DNA of 46,800 nucleotides from Perkinsela sp. CCAP 1560/9 (taxonomy: Eukaryota > Protista > Euglenozoa: Kinetoplastea), in assembly GCA_965644495.1 (NCBI GenBank), contig CBFFSA010000061.1, positions 1 through 46,800 on the forward strand, in the 5' to 3' direction. The notes under the pieces were generated by a model. That model was not told the origin of the DNA, made no database searches, and was given only the letters and a program-made list of their open reading frames with translations. This document shows positions 33,931 through 46,109 of the stretch, piece after piece. Within the stretch, counting starts at the first letter, position 1. The number at the start of each line of letters is the position of its first letter. The position numbers were made by a program, and so were the translations under genes.

Positions 33931-34690
33931 TTATGAACTCAAATCAATCTCATCGACTGAGTTAAAGTAGTCCCGAGAGTCGCTTTGAGTATGAAATACG
34001 TAAGCGTCCATTGGCCCCGTTTTACTAAGCTGCTCGGGAGCTGGATATCGAGAACTCTGATTTTCATGTTTTTCAATGATGTCTTCGATTTCCCGGATTT
34101 TGTTACATGTTAATGCTTGATATCTACCCTTTGCTCCGTGACGATGAAAATTATCAATGTTGTGTACAATGAGAGCGCAGCAGAAAGCGTGAAACAACAT
34201 TTCCGAGTTTCAAGTCCACTGCTTAAACGCCAGAAAACGACCGACATTGACACGCCCAAATACGTGTTCTATACGAGCGCGAAAAAAATAAAGGCTTTCG
34301 TTTATTTTTAACGTGCGCTTCTGTCGTATACTCTCTATTGCTCAAACGACTTCGTGAAAATTGTGGCCATATCTGCGATTTGGAAAATGGAAGTATAGCC
34401 CTTGTGGCTCCGTTGTAGAACCCTCCGTCTGCTAGAGCACGCAAGCCTTTTCTATCCAGGAAATTCATCACACCGCAAGCGCCTTGTATGACAGAATCCG
34501 ACGACGCCCCACAATACAGCGAGTCGCCAACGAAACATACGTACCCACTCAATGTGCATGCAACAAACGCTTTAGCTACGTGCGTTGAGTATTTGGGTTG
34601 ATAGCAGTGTGGTAGGTTGTCCACGTATAATGGCACTGTGTCGAGTAGCACCTTATTCCAAAATGGGATAGCGTTATTGTCTTCATGAAA
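33931..34690 (-). pseudogene. Second Harbinger/ISL2EU-like transposase remnant
   Basis: LLDTVP, GASSDS and ALADGGF, plus RARIEHVFG...HN in a shifted frame. The 5' part is lost next to the (CT)n tract. Confidence 0.75.
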
Positions 34691-34720
34691 TGGGTGACAG
34701 GCATGAATTTAGGGCTGTTG

Positions 34721-34840
<120 letters not shown>

Positions 34841-36009
34841 CTCCTCTTTTCTTTTTTTCTTATCTTTCAGTGGGTCAAGTGATCTACGTTGATAGCGTAG
34901 TATATCACTTCTACGCCAAATACTTCCACCTATCTTCCTCACACTTCGCTCCAATGATATTAGGTATCAGCGAAGCGACGCCGGGCTTGGATCTAGCGTG
35001 TTTACGTAGGTGGTGATAATGGGCGTATACTTGAGGGGCTGCGGGTGACGTTAACCGCGGTCTCGCGTGCCACGACCCGCAGCCCCTCACTTATATAGGA
35101 TCTCTACGAAGCGCGATATTCACACAAAATGAAATTCTGCAGAAAATCCAGGCAGCAGAAAACGAGCCAAAGGAGAAATAATGAAATTTCGTACGTATAC
35201 TTGCAGTGTTAGACCTTAAACGTTAGTTTTCAGGTTTTGCTTATGCCCATGGGGTCGAAGAAGTGGGTTCTACCATTAAAAGAGTCAAAAAAGAGAGGAG
35301 AAATCCCAATTTTTGGACTTTTTTAAATAAAAATTTGCTCCCAAGAATAGTGTCGGAAAAATAGTCGCAAAACGTCAAGAGCGATTTACAAGAACATTTA
35401 GGCACATGTAAAGCGCAAAAAGACTGCATTTCACGTTACTTTTTGCACGTTAAAATTACTTTTTCGGACAAAAATGGATCATTTTGACCCGAAATGCAAA
35501 GCGCGGGTTCGGTGCGGGTCCGGCGATGCACACCCGCAGCCCCCCACATTTCAAGATCCAGGCTCGTGATGATGGCAACTCTTGATGTGGGATTTCCCAG
35601 GAACTCCGTGCTTCGGGCACGCAGGGTGAGTAGGAAACCCGTGATGGTGCATCCCATTTTCGGCGTTCGCACCAAGGGGGATGTTCGCAACACTTCGCCT
35701 GTGCTTTATACAGTTGAACACCGGACATCGCGTACAAATGGGGCGCAATGGGGTATCACGCCAGAGATCAGGATGACGGAGCCGGGGATCTTGAATTGTT
35801 GCCGGGGCGTCTCCCAGTTGTCCACGTCTGTGCAAGCCCCAAACAGACAAACCCGGGACAGGGTTTATGTTTAACGATATCTCTATGCACACCTCTAAAT
35901 TTCTATGTACAAAAACATGTAGAAAATGTTAGAAAATAGTTCAATAAAAAAAAGAATTTTTTGGCCGAAAGTATAAAGGGAGGTACTGATTCTTCGTCTG
36001 TATAAAATT

Positions 36010-36480
36010 TTGTTTTGTAATGCACTTGTAGTGCAGAGATAAGCCCCAGTGTCTTTACCCGCATACGACGGGTGGATCACGCGAGGGTTCGTCTTCGCCT
36101 GTGGTAAGTGGGTTCAGAGAGATCGGTTGTCATGTGCGGGTGCAGAGAGCTGCGACAGAGCCGAGGTGCAGTGAGCCGGGAGGCTCGTGGGCGGAAGACA
36201 CGTCTAGTGGTCCTCAAGGGAGGCCACCGTGACGCATTACCTCCTCGGAAAGGCAGTCACGGGAGAAAGAGAAGCCGAGAGAGGGAAGCACACTCACTCC
36301 AGGGGAGTGAGTCGGGAAGGGGTGAAGGGGTGGTAGCGCGTCCCCTGCTTCAACAATAGAGAGGGACAGTTTCGGCCTTAGTGCCGGCCGGCAACGGGCA
36401 TAAAAATACAGTAAGAGTATGCCCGTTGCTGGGGAAAGAAAGGGTGAACTATGGAAAAAGTACGAACAAGGTACAGCAAC
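36010..36480 (-). ncRNA. Diverged SL RNA gene-derived unit next to a mariner-like TIR (…GGGGAGACAG|TA at 36505)
   Basis: Colinear with 36979-37598 in reverse orientation. Shared blocks: ctgtaccttgtt.gtac, acgggcat...atgcccgt, gaaactgtccctct, ggtggcctcccttgaggaccact, acccgtcgtatgcgggt, tatctctgc. Confidence 0.6.
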
Positions 36481-36552
36481 GGAAGTATAAAGGGAGGGGA
36501 GACAGTACGTTTGAAATTAGTATGCCTAGAACTTACGGTTTTGCTTTACACC

Positions 36553-37913
36553 ATGTTTTATACCTTTCCAGCTGCGGATGTTCCGGAGTCGCGTGTCATA
36601 ACTCGCGCAGCCAAAGTGAGCGCGACGAATCTTCCGCCAGAATACGATCTTGTGCGTCTAGTACGTAACATTGAGAATCCGCATACCTCGTGGAGTACAT
36701 CAACCCCGGCTTGTGAGTGGGATGGCGTGTCTTGTAACAAGGAGGCTGAGATAACGGGGATTGATTGGCGCTCAAGGAAACTAAGCGGTGAGCTAAGCTT
36801 TGGTTATCTACCGAAAACACTGCATACTTTGTACGCTTATGTAAACAAGCTTTCCGGTGAATTGCAATTTGATACGTTTCCTGCTACATGTATGATGCGT
36901 ACGTTAAGTCTTCGGGACAATGAGTTAAGTGGACCATTGGACTTAACAGCTCTTCCTCCAAAATTGAAGACGTTGATAAAGATAAAGATACAGTTTCTGT
37001 ACCTTGTTGGTACATTTTGCTAGCCCTTCCTTTCTTTTCCCGGAGACGGGCATATTCTTACTTTTAAATGCCCGTTTCCGGCTGACGGCTAGCTGAAACT
37101 GTCCCTCTTTGTCGCGGAAGTAGGGGACGCACTTCGCACTCTTCACCCCTCCCCGGTTCGCTCTCTTCGAGTGAGCTTTCTTCCCTCCCCGGCTCTCTCC
37201 TTCTCGTGCTTTCTTCTCCCGGGAGCTATGCGCCATGGTGGCCTCCCTTGAGGACCACTGGGCGTGCTACAGCGGGAGGACACGTTGTATGAGTGTATAG
37301 GGGATGCGAACTTGCACCCCTCTCTCCCTACATGCTGTAGCGAGTGCGGCGGTAACGGACCTCCCCATGATGCATCATGATCCACGATAGACCATCTGAC
37401 AGCATGAACCCACGGCTTGACCGTGTTGCAGCATGAACCATGGCTATACGTGCTGTAGCATGACCGATGGGCGACTCGTCTCCTACCTCGCACTCCACTC
37501 TCTGTGTGACACCCGTCGTATGCGGGTCATGCGCCGATGATATCGGCCGTCACACAGAGAGACGTATCTCTGCGCCACGAGCGTATGATCATAACTAACT
37601 TTCTGGGAACCAATTTACGGGTGACGTTTGTTTGACGAAATTACCGTCAGAGCTCATAAATCTTTGTCTTGGTAGGAACAAGCTATCCGGAGAACTTTAC
37701 CTTAGTGAACTACCGAAGGTCCTTATGCTCCGACTTGAAAACAATAATTTTTCCGGAAATATTGATCTAACAGGAGTTCCACCTTCATTGGGAGACCTTA
37801 ATTTGTCCAAGAATGTGAATCTATTTGGCGAAATAGAAGAGTATCTTCTTTCCGAAAAGCTGCGCAAAGGCCTGAAGATTGAAAACACGAACATTACGCT
37901 TTTGACCACCTAG
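36553..37913 (+). pseudogene. LRR locus 9, interrupted by a 620-bp insert (segments 36553-36978 and 37599-37913)
   Basis: The intact paralog at 44032 reads ...TLILSGNQ... across the insertion point. Confidence 0.92.
36979..37598 (+). ncRNA. Permuted spliced-leader (mini-exon) RNA gene repeat unit
   Basis: Starts AAGATAAAGATACAGTTTCTGTACCTTGTTG|GT (conserved 3' part of the kinetoplastid SL exon plus a donor at 37010). Stem-loops at 37040-37081 and 37101-37128 follow. It ends in AACTAA, the canonical SL 5' end. Joining the ends gives 37 of the usual 39 nt. Confidence 0.8.
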
Positions 37914-38494
37914 TTTCTGTTTTAAAATCATGAAGTAGACAGCTCTACAGAGAAGGACGTTATAGAGAGCGGTTACTTCAGTAAAAAAAAGTTCCTAAAC
38001 GTGTTATTTTTTTCGGGTTTAGAGTTATAATTTATAGTTTCAGCGGGATGGGATCCTATGAGGCTAAGGATGAATTTTCTTCAACAAGCGAACCCCCGAC
38101 ACCCCTGACCTTAGGTCAGGGCATTAGGTCACTTACCATACATGTAGATGAATGCGTATTGTTTTTCAAGGCATTATTGAAGAATTCGTGCGGCGTGAAA
38201 AGTTTTTGGAGAACACGGAGAACCTTGGCTTGATGAGTCGACAGATTTGCACCCTGTCGAGCTAAGACGTTTGCCTACATTTTCGGTCCCGTCCACTATT
38301 GACTAAATGATCGTACTGACCATCGGAGCCAAGCATAACCCTTTTCTTGGGCAGCAGCACGCGCCTTATTATAGTACTTTTTATTCCTCGTTTCTTTCGA
38401 AGAGTACGAGCTGTTACGGGTGGGGGTCCCTAGTAGGACCTCTTGCTGCCTTGTGTGGCAGAGACGTCCACCCGTTTTTCGAAATCCCCCGTTT

Positions 38495-38752
38495 TTGCGC
38501 TGGTACAATATTTCTACAAGTGTCCAATTTGATGACAAATAAAACACACGCGCTTTTTTCTTCCGAAGCTACCTGATCCCGTTTTTGCTTTGATTTTCTT
38601 CTGTTTTGCACGCTCATCTTCGGCAAGCTGAGCAAACCGATCGCCTGTACGTTCTTCAGCCTCCATTTTCGAACGGATTGATTCTGCATCAATCAAAGTT
38701 GCATGAATCAAAGTTCACGAATTAATTCTCATATTTTTAACGGATCTCCATC
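38495..38752 (-). pseudogene. Zinc-knuckle (CX2CX4HX4C) coding remnant, probably element-derived
   Basis: RVCFICHQIGHL*KYC with an in-frame stop, after a basic/charged region. Confidence 0.5.
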
Positions 38753-38926
38753 ATGCGCCATCCACAATTTACATGTTAAGGGATCCATTGCATCGAAGTT
38801 GTACGCATCTCCCCGACGTTCCACCTCGTTATCAACTTCGATTTCCTGAGCCCCTGACATTTCGTAGTACACGCTTGAGCTGGAGAAGGCCTCCGCCTCA
38901 GCTTATGCCGAACCCGCACCGAACCC

Positions 38927-38981
38927 GCGCCGAACCCGCACCGAACCCGCACCGAACCCGCACCGAACCCGCGACCCGCAG
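38927..38981. repeat. Tandem 11-mer (CCGAACCCGCA)n, probably a subterminal repeat of an element
   Basis: Four to five copies; the inverted motif also occurs near 35503 and 42984. Confidence 0.8.
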
Positions 38982-39553
38982 CCCCTCAACTATTTTCTCA
39001 AAGTCCGCAGCAGGAAGCAGCTTGTGAATTTCCTTAATCTTTCCAGGTAAAGTATAGGAACGTGCGCTCAAAACACCACGGGAATCTCTTGAGCGAACTC
39101 GCTTATGAGGCTTAAATGGAGGAAAAAATTGGCATAATTGTATTTTCACATGAAGGTATAGAAAGCAATCAATAACAGTTCACATTAATATAACTTCTTA
39201 ACGTGATTTTTCACCTCGAACCGAACGCAGCTTTACGTGCTCTCACTGAACGATTCATCAACTTCGATCGCCTCAGTTGATGTGCTGTAGTTTGAGTTAC
39301 TGACTTCTTCGTTCCCGTCCAGTTCCCCGTATCCAATGACAACCCACCGGTTGCCATTAGTTAAACTAGTTAGTTGTTTCCGTTAGTGTTTGGTTGCTTT
39401 TTCGGTTGAATGTCAATTGGTTAAGAAAGCGGAAGAAAGAAAAAGGATTAGTAGCCAAAAATAGCCAATGTTTTTAACGAAGAATAGGTTAAATTAATTA
39501 ATGTAACCAAAAATTGAAGCTTCCATAAAAAATTACATAGCACTTTTGGTTTC

Positions 39554-40288
39554 ATGTTTCGGTTCATTCATGCCGCGGATATTCCAGCGCCGCAAATAGC
39601 AAGACGTGCAGCAAAGGTGAGTATAACAAATCTTCCACAAGAATTTCAACTTGAGCAAGTTGTACGCAATGTTGAAAATCCGAATTCATCATGGACTACA
39701 TCTACTCCGGCCTGTAAGTGGAGTGGTGTCGATTGCAACAATACCGATAGTGTAATGTCCATATCGTGGTGGTCGAGGGAATTGAAGGGTTCGTTAAACT
39801 ACAGCCATCTTCCCGAAACGATTCACATCTTTTACGCTAATTTTAACCAACTCTCCGGCGAAGTGTCACTTGAAACGTTTCCTCCGAAGTTGCGTACGTT
39901 AAGCCTTCGCAACAATCAGCTCAGCGGAACATTGGACTTGACAGCTCTCCCTCCTGATTTAAAGACTTTGGTTCTCTCTGATAACCAATTTACAGGAGAA
40001 ATTTGCCTGACCAAATTGCCGTCGCAGCTTCGATACCTTTATCTTGGCAGAAATATGCTATCCGGAGACCTTTGCTTCAGAAAACTGCCTAATATGGTTG
40101 TACTCCGGCTTGAAGAAAATGATTTTTCTGGAAAAATTGATCTTCGTAGCATTCCATGTTCATTGGAAGAGTTAAATTTAGCAAACAACATTAATCTTTG
40201 CGGTAAGGTGAAAGAATATCATATTCCCCTACTGCTGCGCGCAGGTCTGAAGATTGAGAACACAAGGATTGCACGTTTATTAAAGTAG
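39554..40288 (+). CDS. LRR protein locus 10
   Basis: MFRFIHAAD start, AAKVSITNLPQEF motif, Cys cap and LRRs; same subfamily as loci 8, 9 and 11. Confidence 0.92.
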   Translation: MFRFIHAADIPAPQIARRAAKVSITNLPQEFQLEQVVRNVENPNSSWTTSTPACKWSGVDCNNTDSVMSISWWSRELKGSLNYSHLPETIHIFYANFNQLSGEVSLETFPPKLRTLSLRNNQLSGTLDLTALPPDLKTLVLSDNQFTGEICLTKLPSQLRYLYLGRNMLSGDLCFRKLPNMVVLRLEENDFSGKIDLRSIPCSLEELNLANNINLCGKVKEYHIPLLLRAGLKIENTRIARLLK

Positions 40289-42036
40289 CGTTTCTTTTAT
40301 TTTGTGGACAAAATCTCAATTTCTTTTAAAGATTAGAGTAGTAGTACTGAGAAGGGTGACTCTGGGTGGGAGCTCCTGGTAGCGCCTAGAAGCGCCAAGG
40401 ACCTTTGTCTTAAATTTTCGTTCTACGCTTCGTTAATATAGCACATTTCGCTTATTAACACACCGAAATACAATTATTATATTGTTGTTTATTGTTTTTT
40501 TCGTTAATCTTTTCTGCTTAAGTTAGAGGATGCGGCAATCATGTTTTTCATTGCACATTTTTAGCCTACAGAACTATCGTTTTTTTTCCAACTCTGGACC
40601 ACCGGAGCTCCCAAGGGGGGTGACTTATTCGTGTCGATCGGTTTAAATATTTGCTAACGATAATACGCAATGTCTCAATATACAATGTCCACTCTTCTGG
40701 AAAATGATCTCACCGAAGAATGTGATACCTCGCTAAAGAAGCGGAAGCACTTGCACGAATCAGAGATGAATTTGAGTTCAGCTCCGGGCGATCCTGACAA
40801 GCGCTTCATCAGTGTGGAACTTCTTCCGTGAGAAATGAAGAAAAATCATTTAACTGATTTAACTGACGCCTTCTTTGGTGACGCAAAACGTTTTCATAAT
40901 TTTCTTCTCTACCTTTTCCCCTCACAAAACCCATACTGCTCCGTTTACCAAGTAAAGTATTACTTAACAAGCAAAGTTGATATATCATAAGTTGTATGAT
41001 TCCACATCAGTTGTATGATCGTTTTCGTCTCCAAATATTTTTAGTCGCTTCATCAAACGCGGAGGTAGTTTTCAACGCGAAGCGCGCAGCAGCAGTGATT
41101 TCTAAGTTGAAAACATAAAAGCGACTGAAAAAGAAATTACACTACACATGTGAGCGGTTGCGGATGACGTTAGCCGTGGTCTCTTTGGGCCCGCCGGAAA
41201 TTGTTGACCCCCGTATACGAAGTAAAAATTCTTTTTTTACCAAATTATGCCCTACTCTCTACCCAGGGACACGAAACGTGAATTATGTTGTCCCTCAAAG
41301 CCAAAAACAAGGCGCGGTCTTGTATGCCACGACCCGCAGCCCCTCATGTGTACCCAACTTGTTGTACCCTACTCAAATGATATAGCTGCGGCACAATCTG
41401 CCACTTCCTTGGACAAGATTTTAAAAAAGTACAAAAATATAAAAAGGCAGGGTTCGCAGAAACTATAAAACTATCAATATAGTACTATATAGTTACTATA
41501 AACTTTTTTTTAAAAACTATAAGAAACTATATTTTTTGTTTCACATTTTAAGCACTCCGAAGCACACCAACACGCCATAAATACACAGAGAATTCATTTG
41601 TGTACGATTTTTCTATTTTTAAACCCGAAAATTGATGCCCGATATAAAAGGTACGAGGGCTAGTTTCTGCAAAGATTATTTTATTGAAGTGTTGCGCACG
41701 GAGGGAAGTAAAGAAGCGGTTGAATGTAACTTATGTCAGGAGGGGACGTACCCCAGTCCCATCGTGTGGCCTTGACAGATGGCCTTATGCGAATCTCACT
41801 ACATTACTGTCGCCGTGCATTGGCTGGAGCCACCGACGTTATGTCTTGGGACTGAATAACCGCGGCTCACAATTTTATGAATTTGAATAAATATAATCTT
41901 ATGAGTTTGAATAAATTACGCGGTGTGTTGTCCGGTGGAAAGTGTGTGTTTACTATCGTCACTCCTTTCGCATGCGCTTCACTGCTATTTCAGATTTCTA
42001 TTTTTCATTGCTATTTTCGAGGAGATAACGCACTAG

Positions 42037-42331
<295 letters not shown>

Positions 42332-43486
42332 CCTCTTTTCTTTTTTTCTTATCTTTCAGTGGGTCAAGTGATCTACGTTGATAGCGTAGTATATCACTTC
42401 TACGCCAAATACTTCCACCTATCTTCCTCACACTTCGCTCCAATGATATTAGGTATCAGCGAAGCGACGCCGGGCTTGGATCTAGCGTGTTTACGTAGGT
42501 GGTGATAATGGGCGTATACTTGAGGGGCTGCGGGTGACGTTAACCGCGGTCTCGCGTGCCACGACCCGCAGCCCCTCACTTATATAGGATCTCTACGAAG
42601 CGCGATATTCACACAAAATGAAATTCTGCAGAAAATCCAGGCAGCAGAAAACGAGCCAAAGGAGAAATAATGAAATTTCGTACGTATACTCGCAGTGTTA
42701 GACCTTAAACGTTAGTTTTGCTTATGCCCATGGGGTCGAAGAAGTGGGTTCTACCATTAAAAGAGTCAAAAAAGAGAGGAGAAATCCCAATTTTTGGACT
42801 TTTTTAAATAAAAATTTGCTCCCAAGAATAGTGTCGGAAAAATAGTCGCAAAACGTCAAGAGCGATTTACAAGAACATTTAGGCACATGTAAAGCGCAAA
42901 AAGACTGCATTTCACGTTACTTTTTGCACGTTAAAATTACTTTTTCGGACAAAAATGGATCATTTTGACCCGAAATGCAAAGCGCGGGTTCGGTGCGGGT
43001 CCGGCGATGCACACCCGCAGCCCCCCACATTTCAAGATCCAGGCTCGTGATGATGGCAACTCTTGATGTGGGATTTCCCAGGAACTCCGTGCTTCGGGCA
43101 CGCAGGGTGAGTAGGAAACCCGTGATGGTGCATCCCATTTTCGGCGTTCGCCCAAGGGGGATGTTCGCAACACTTCGCCTGTGCTTTATACAGTTGAGCA
43201 CCGGACATCGCGTACAAATGGGGCGCAATGGGGTATCACGCCAGAGATCAGGATGACGGAGCCGGGGATCTTGAATTGTTGCCGGGGCGTCTCCAGTTGT
43301 CCACGTCTGTGCAAGCCCCAAACAGACAAACCCGGGACAGGGTTTATGTTTAACGATATCTCTATGCACACCTCTAAATTTCTATGTACAAAAACATGTA
43401 GAAAATGTTAGAAAATTGTTCAATAAAAAAAAGAATTTCTTGGCCGGAAGTATAAGGGGGGGTGCTGATTCTTCGTCTGTATGAAA

Positions 43487-43960
43487 TTTTGTTTTGTCAT
43501 GCACTTGTAGTGCAGAGATAAGCCCCAGTGTCTTTACCCGCATACGACGGGTGGATCATGCGAGGGTTCGTCTTCGCCTGTGGTAAGTGGGTGCAGAGAG
43601 ATCGGTTGTCATGTGCGGGTGCAGAGAGCTGCGACAGAGCCGAGGTGCAGTGAGCCGGGAGGCTCGTGGGCGGAAGACACGTCTAGTGGTCCTCAAGGGA
43701 GGCCACCGTGACGCATTACCTCCTCGGAAAGGCAGTCACGGGAGAAAGAGAAGCCGAGAGAGGGAAGCACACTCACTCCAGGGGAGTAAGTCGGGAAGGG
43801 GTGAAGGGGTGGAAGCGCGTCCCCTGCTTCAACAATAGAGAGGGACAGTTTCGGCCTTAGTGCCGGCCGGCAACGGGCATAAAAATACAGTAAGAGTATG
43901 CCCGTTGCTGGGGAAAGAAAGGATGAACTAAGGAAAAAGTACGAACAAGGTACAGAAACG
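43487..43960 (-). ncRNA. Diverged SL RNA gene-derived unit (duplicate of 36010-36480)
   Basis: The minus strand starts GTTTCTGTACCTTGTTC-GTAC and ends ...tgcactacaagtgcatgacaaAACAAAA; adjacent to GGGGAGACAG|TA. Confidence 0.62.
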
Positions 43961-44031
43961 GAAGTATAAAGGGAGGGGAGACAGTACGTTTGAAATTAGT
44001 ATGCCTAGAACTTACGGTTTTGTTTTACACC

Positions 44032-44772
44032 ATGTTTTATACCTTTCCAGCTGCGGATGTTCCGGAGTCGCGTGTCATAACTCGCGCAGCCAAAGTGAGC
44101 GCGACGAATCTTCCGCCAGAATACGATCTTGTGCGTCTAGTACGTAACATTGAGAATCCGCATACCTCGTGGAGTACATCAACCCCGGCTTGTGAGTGGG
44201 ATGGCGTGTCTTGTAACAAGGAGGCTGAGATAACGGGGATTGATTGGCGCTCAAGGAAACTAAGCGGTGAGCTAAGCTTTGGTTATCTACCGAAAACACT
44301 GCATACTTTGTACGCTTATGTAAACAAGCTATCCGGTGTATTGCAATTTGATACGTTTCCTGCTACATGTATGATGCGTACGTTAAGTCTTCGGGACAAT
44401 GAGTTAAGTGGACCATTGGACTTAACGGCTCTTCCTCCAAAGCTGAAGACGTTAATACTTTCTGGGAACCAATTTACGGGTGACGTTTGTTTGACGAAAT
44501 TACCGTCAGAGCTCATAAATCTTTGTCTTGGTAGGAACATGTTATCCGGGAAACTTTGCTTTAGTGAACTACCAAAGGTCCTTATGCTCCGACTTGAAAA
44601 CAATAATTTTTCCGGAAATATTGATCTAACAGGAGTTCCACCTTCATTGGGAGACCTTCATTTGTCCAACAATGTGAATCTATTTGGCGAAATAGAAGAG
44701 CGTCTTCTTTCCGAAAAACTTCGAAAAGGCCTGAAGATTGAAAACACCAACATTACGCTTTTAACCACCTAG
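44032..44772 (+). CDS. LRR protein locus 11 (intact copy of locus 9)
   Basis: MFYTFPAAD start and an uninterrupted frame. Confidence 0.92.
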   Translation: MFYTFPAADVPESRVITRAAKVSATNLPPEYDLVRLVRNIENPHTSWSTSTPACEWDGVSCNKEAEITGIDWRSRKLSGELSFGYLPKTLHTLYAYVNKLSGVLQFDTFPATCMMRTLSLRDNELSGPLDLTALPPKLKTLILSGNQFTGDVCLTKLPSELINLCLGRNMLSGKLCFSELPKVLMLRLENNNFSGNIDLTGVPPSLGDLHLSNNVNLFGEIEERLLSEKLRKGLKIENTNITLLTT

Positions 44773-44996
44773 TTTCTGTTTTAAAATCATGAAGTAGACA
44801 GCTCTACAGAGAAGACCCTTATAGAGAGCGGTTACGTCAATTAAAATATGTTCCTAAACGTGTTATTTTTTTTCGGGTTGAGCGTTATAATTTAGAACGC
44901 TGAACCTGTCGTTTATAATAGAGGACATTCTGGCTTAATATTGCTACGTGTGTCGCGAGTCAAATATTGTGTCATTTTTAGACCACCTACTACTGT

Positions 44997-45851
44997 ATGT
45001 TAACACTTAGTATTCATCTGGCTGATACGCAGCCATTGCGGCTTAAACAACAGAGAAAAGAATCCAACACTGCATTGCCGTTAGGAGGAGATAACACATT
45101 AGAAGATAAAATACCTGTTGTCCGCACGGGTAAGGTACGAGGATTGGAATTACCACAAGAATATGAACTGACACGACTTATTGCGAATATTGAGAATCCA
45201 CGTTCCTCTTGGAATGTTTCAACCGCGGCGTGTGAGTGGAAGGGTGTGACTTGTGATGAACACTCACGCGTCACAAAGATTGATTGGAATCCCCTTACGC
45301 TAGATTCTGATCTGGGATATAGAGGAGCACTTTTACTTGGACTTTTAGAGGGAACGCTTCAATGGGAATATTTGCCCCCTACTTTGCTTTATTGCAATGT
45401 TATGAGTCATGGACTGTCAGGAACGGTACCGCTTGATTCACTGCCGCCGAAGCTGATATACTTTCTCATAACCCATAATGTGTTTAGCGGTGAATTGAAT
45501 TTGACACATTTGCCACAAACCTTAAAAAGGCTTTATCTCGACTATAACGAGTTCTTCGGACCTGTGGATTTGACTCATTTGCCACCGAATTTAGTTTTGT
45601 TTAGCGTCTCGAATAACCACCTTTCAGGGAGGATTGATCTATCTTGTTTGCCTGACTCTTTGATACAGTTGCACTTGGCGCACAACATGTTTAAAGGCTT
45701 CGTGACATTCGACAAAATTCCTTCAGGGCTAAAATACTTAGACCTTAAGAACAACGGAAAGCTTTGTGGTGAGGTTGATCAGTACTTTTTTAAGAGACGA
45801 GGCCAAACGATAATTGTAGGGACCAATATTGAAACGAAGCAGTTTGACTGA
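44997..45851 (+). CDS. LRR protein locus 12
   Basis: MLTLSIHLAD start, RTGKVRGLELPQEYEL motif, ACEWKGVTC cap and LRRs. Confidence 0.92.
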   Translation: MLTLSIHLADTQPLRLKQQRKESNTALPLGGDNTLEDKIPVVRTGKVRGLELPQEYELTRLIANIENPRSSWNVSTAACEWKGVTCDEHSRVTKIDWNPLTLDSDLGYRGALLLGLLEGTLQWEYLPPTLLYCNVMSHGLSGTVPLDSLPPKLIYFLITHNVFSGELNLTHLPQTLKRLYLDYNEFFGPVDLTHLPPNLVLFSVSNNHLSGRIDLSCLPDSLIQLHLAHNMFKGFVTFDKIPSGLKYLDLKNNGKLCGEVDQYFFKRRGQTIIVGTNIETKQFD

Positions 45852-46109
45852 CAGGAAAAGAGTTTGATGTAAACCGTGTTACGGGTTATTGTGCCCCCCC
45901 CCCCCCCCGGCACAATAACTGGCTGTAGGCACAATACGTGGCAATAGGCACAATAACTAAATATTGGAAAAAACATAAAAAGGGCAACAAAAAATTTGGC
46001 GCCGCTTTTTTTTAGAGAGGCGCATCTCGTACAAAAATTGATGAAAAGGTTTCAGGGCTCCAAAAAGTGCGTGTCTGGTGAAAAATCGCTTTTCCGCCTT
46101 TCTTTCCAG

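Noticed and set aside
37076-37105. Hammerhead or HDV-like ribozyme (ctgacgg...gaaac; ggccggca in the related copy)
   Set aside because: The CUGANGA core and the required stem pairings are not satisfied. An SL RNA gene explains the region better.
36979-37598. Insert as a group I/II intron, spliceosomal intron or simple-repeat-tailed SINE
   Set aside because: No GT-AG ends, domain V or P7 core. The apparent (TATCTT)n tail is the complement of the SL exon segment.
38229-38270. Hammerhead-like tgatgag followed by a stem (tcgacag/ctgtcga)
   Set aside because: It lacks the leading C and the GAAA after the stem.
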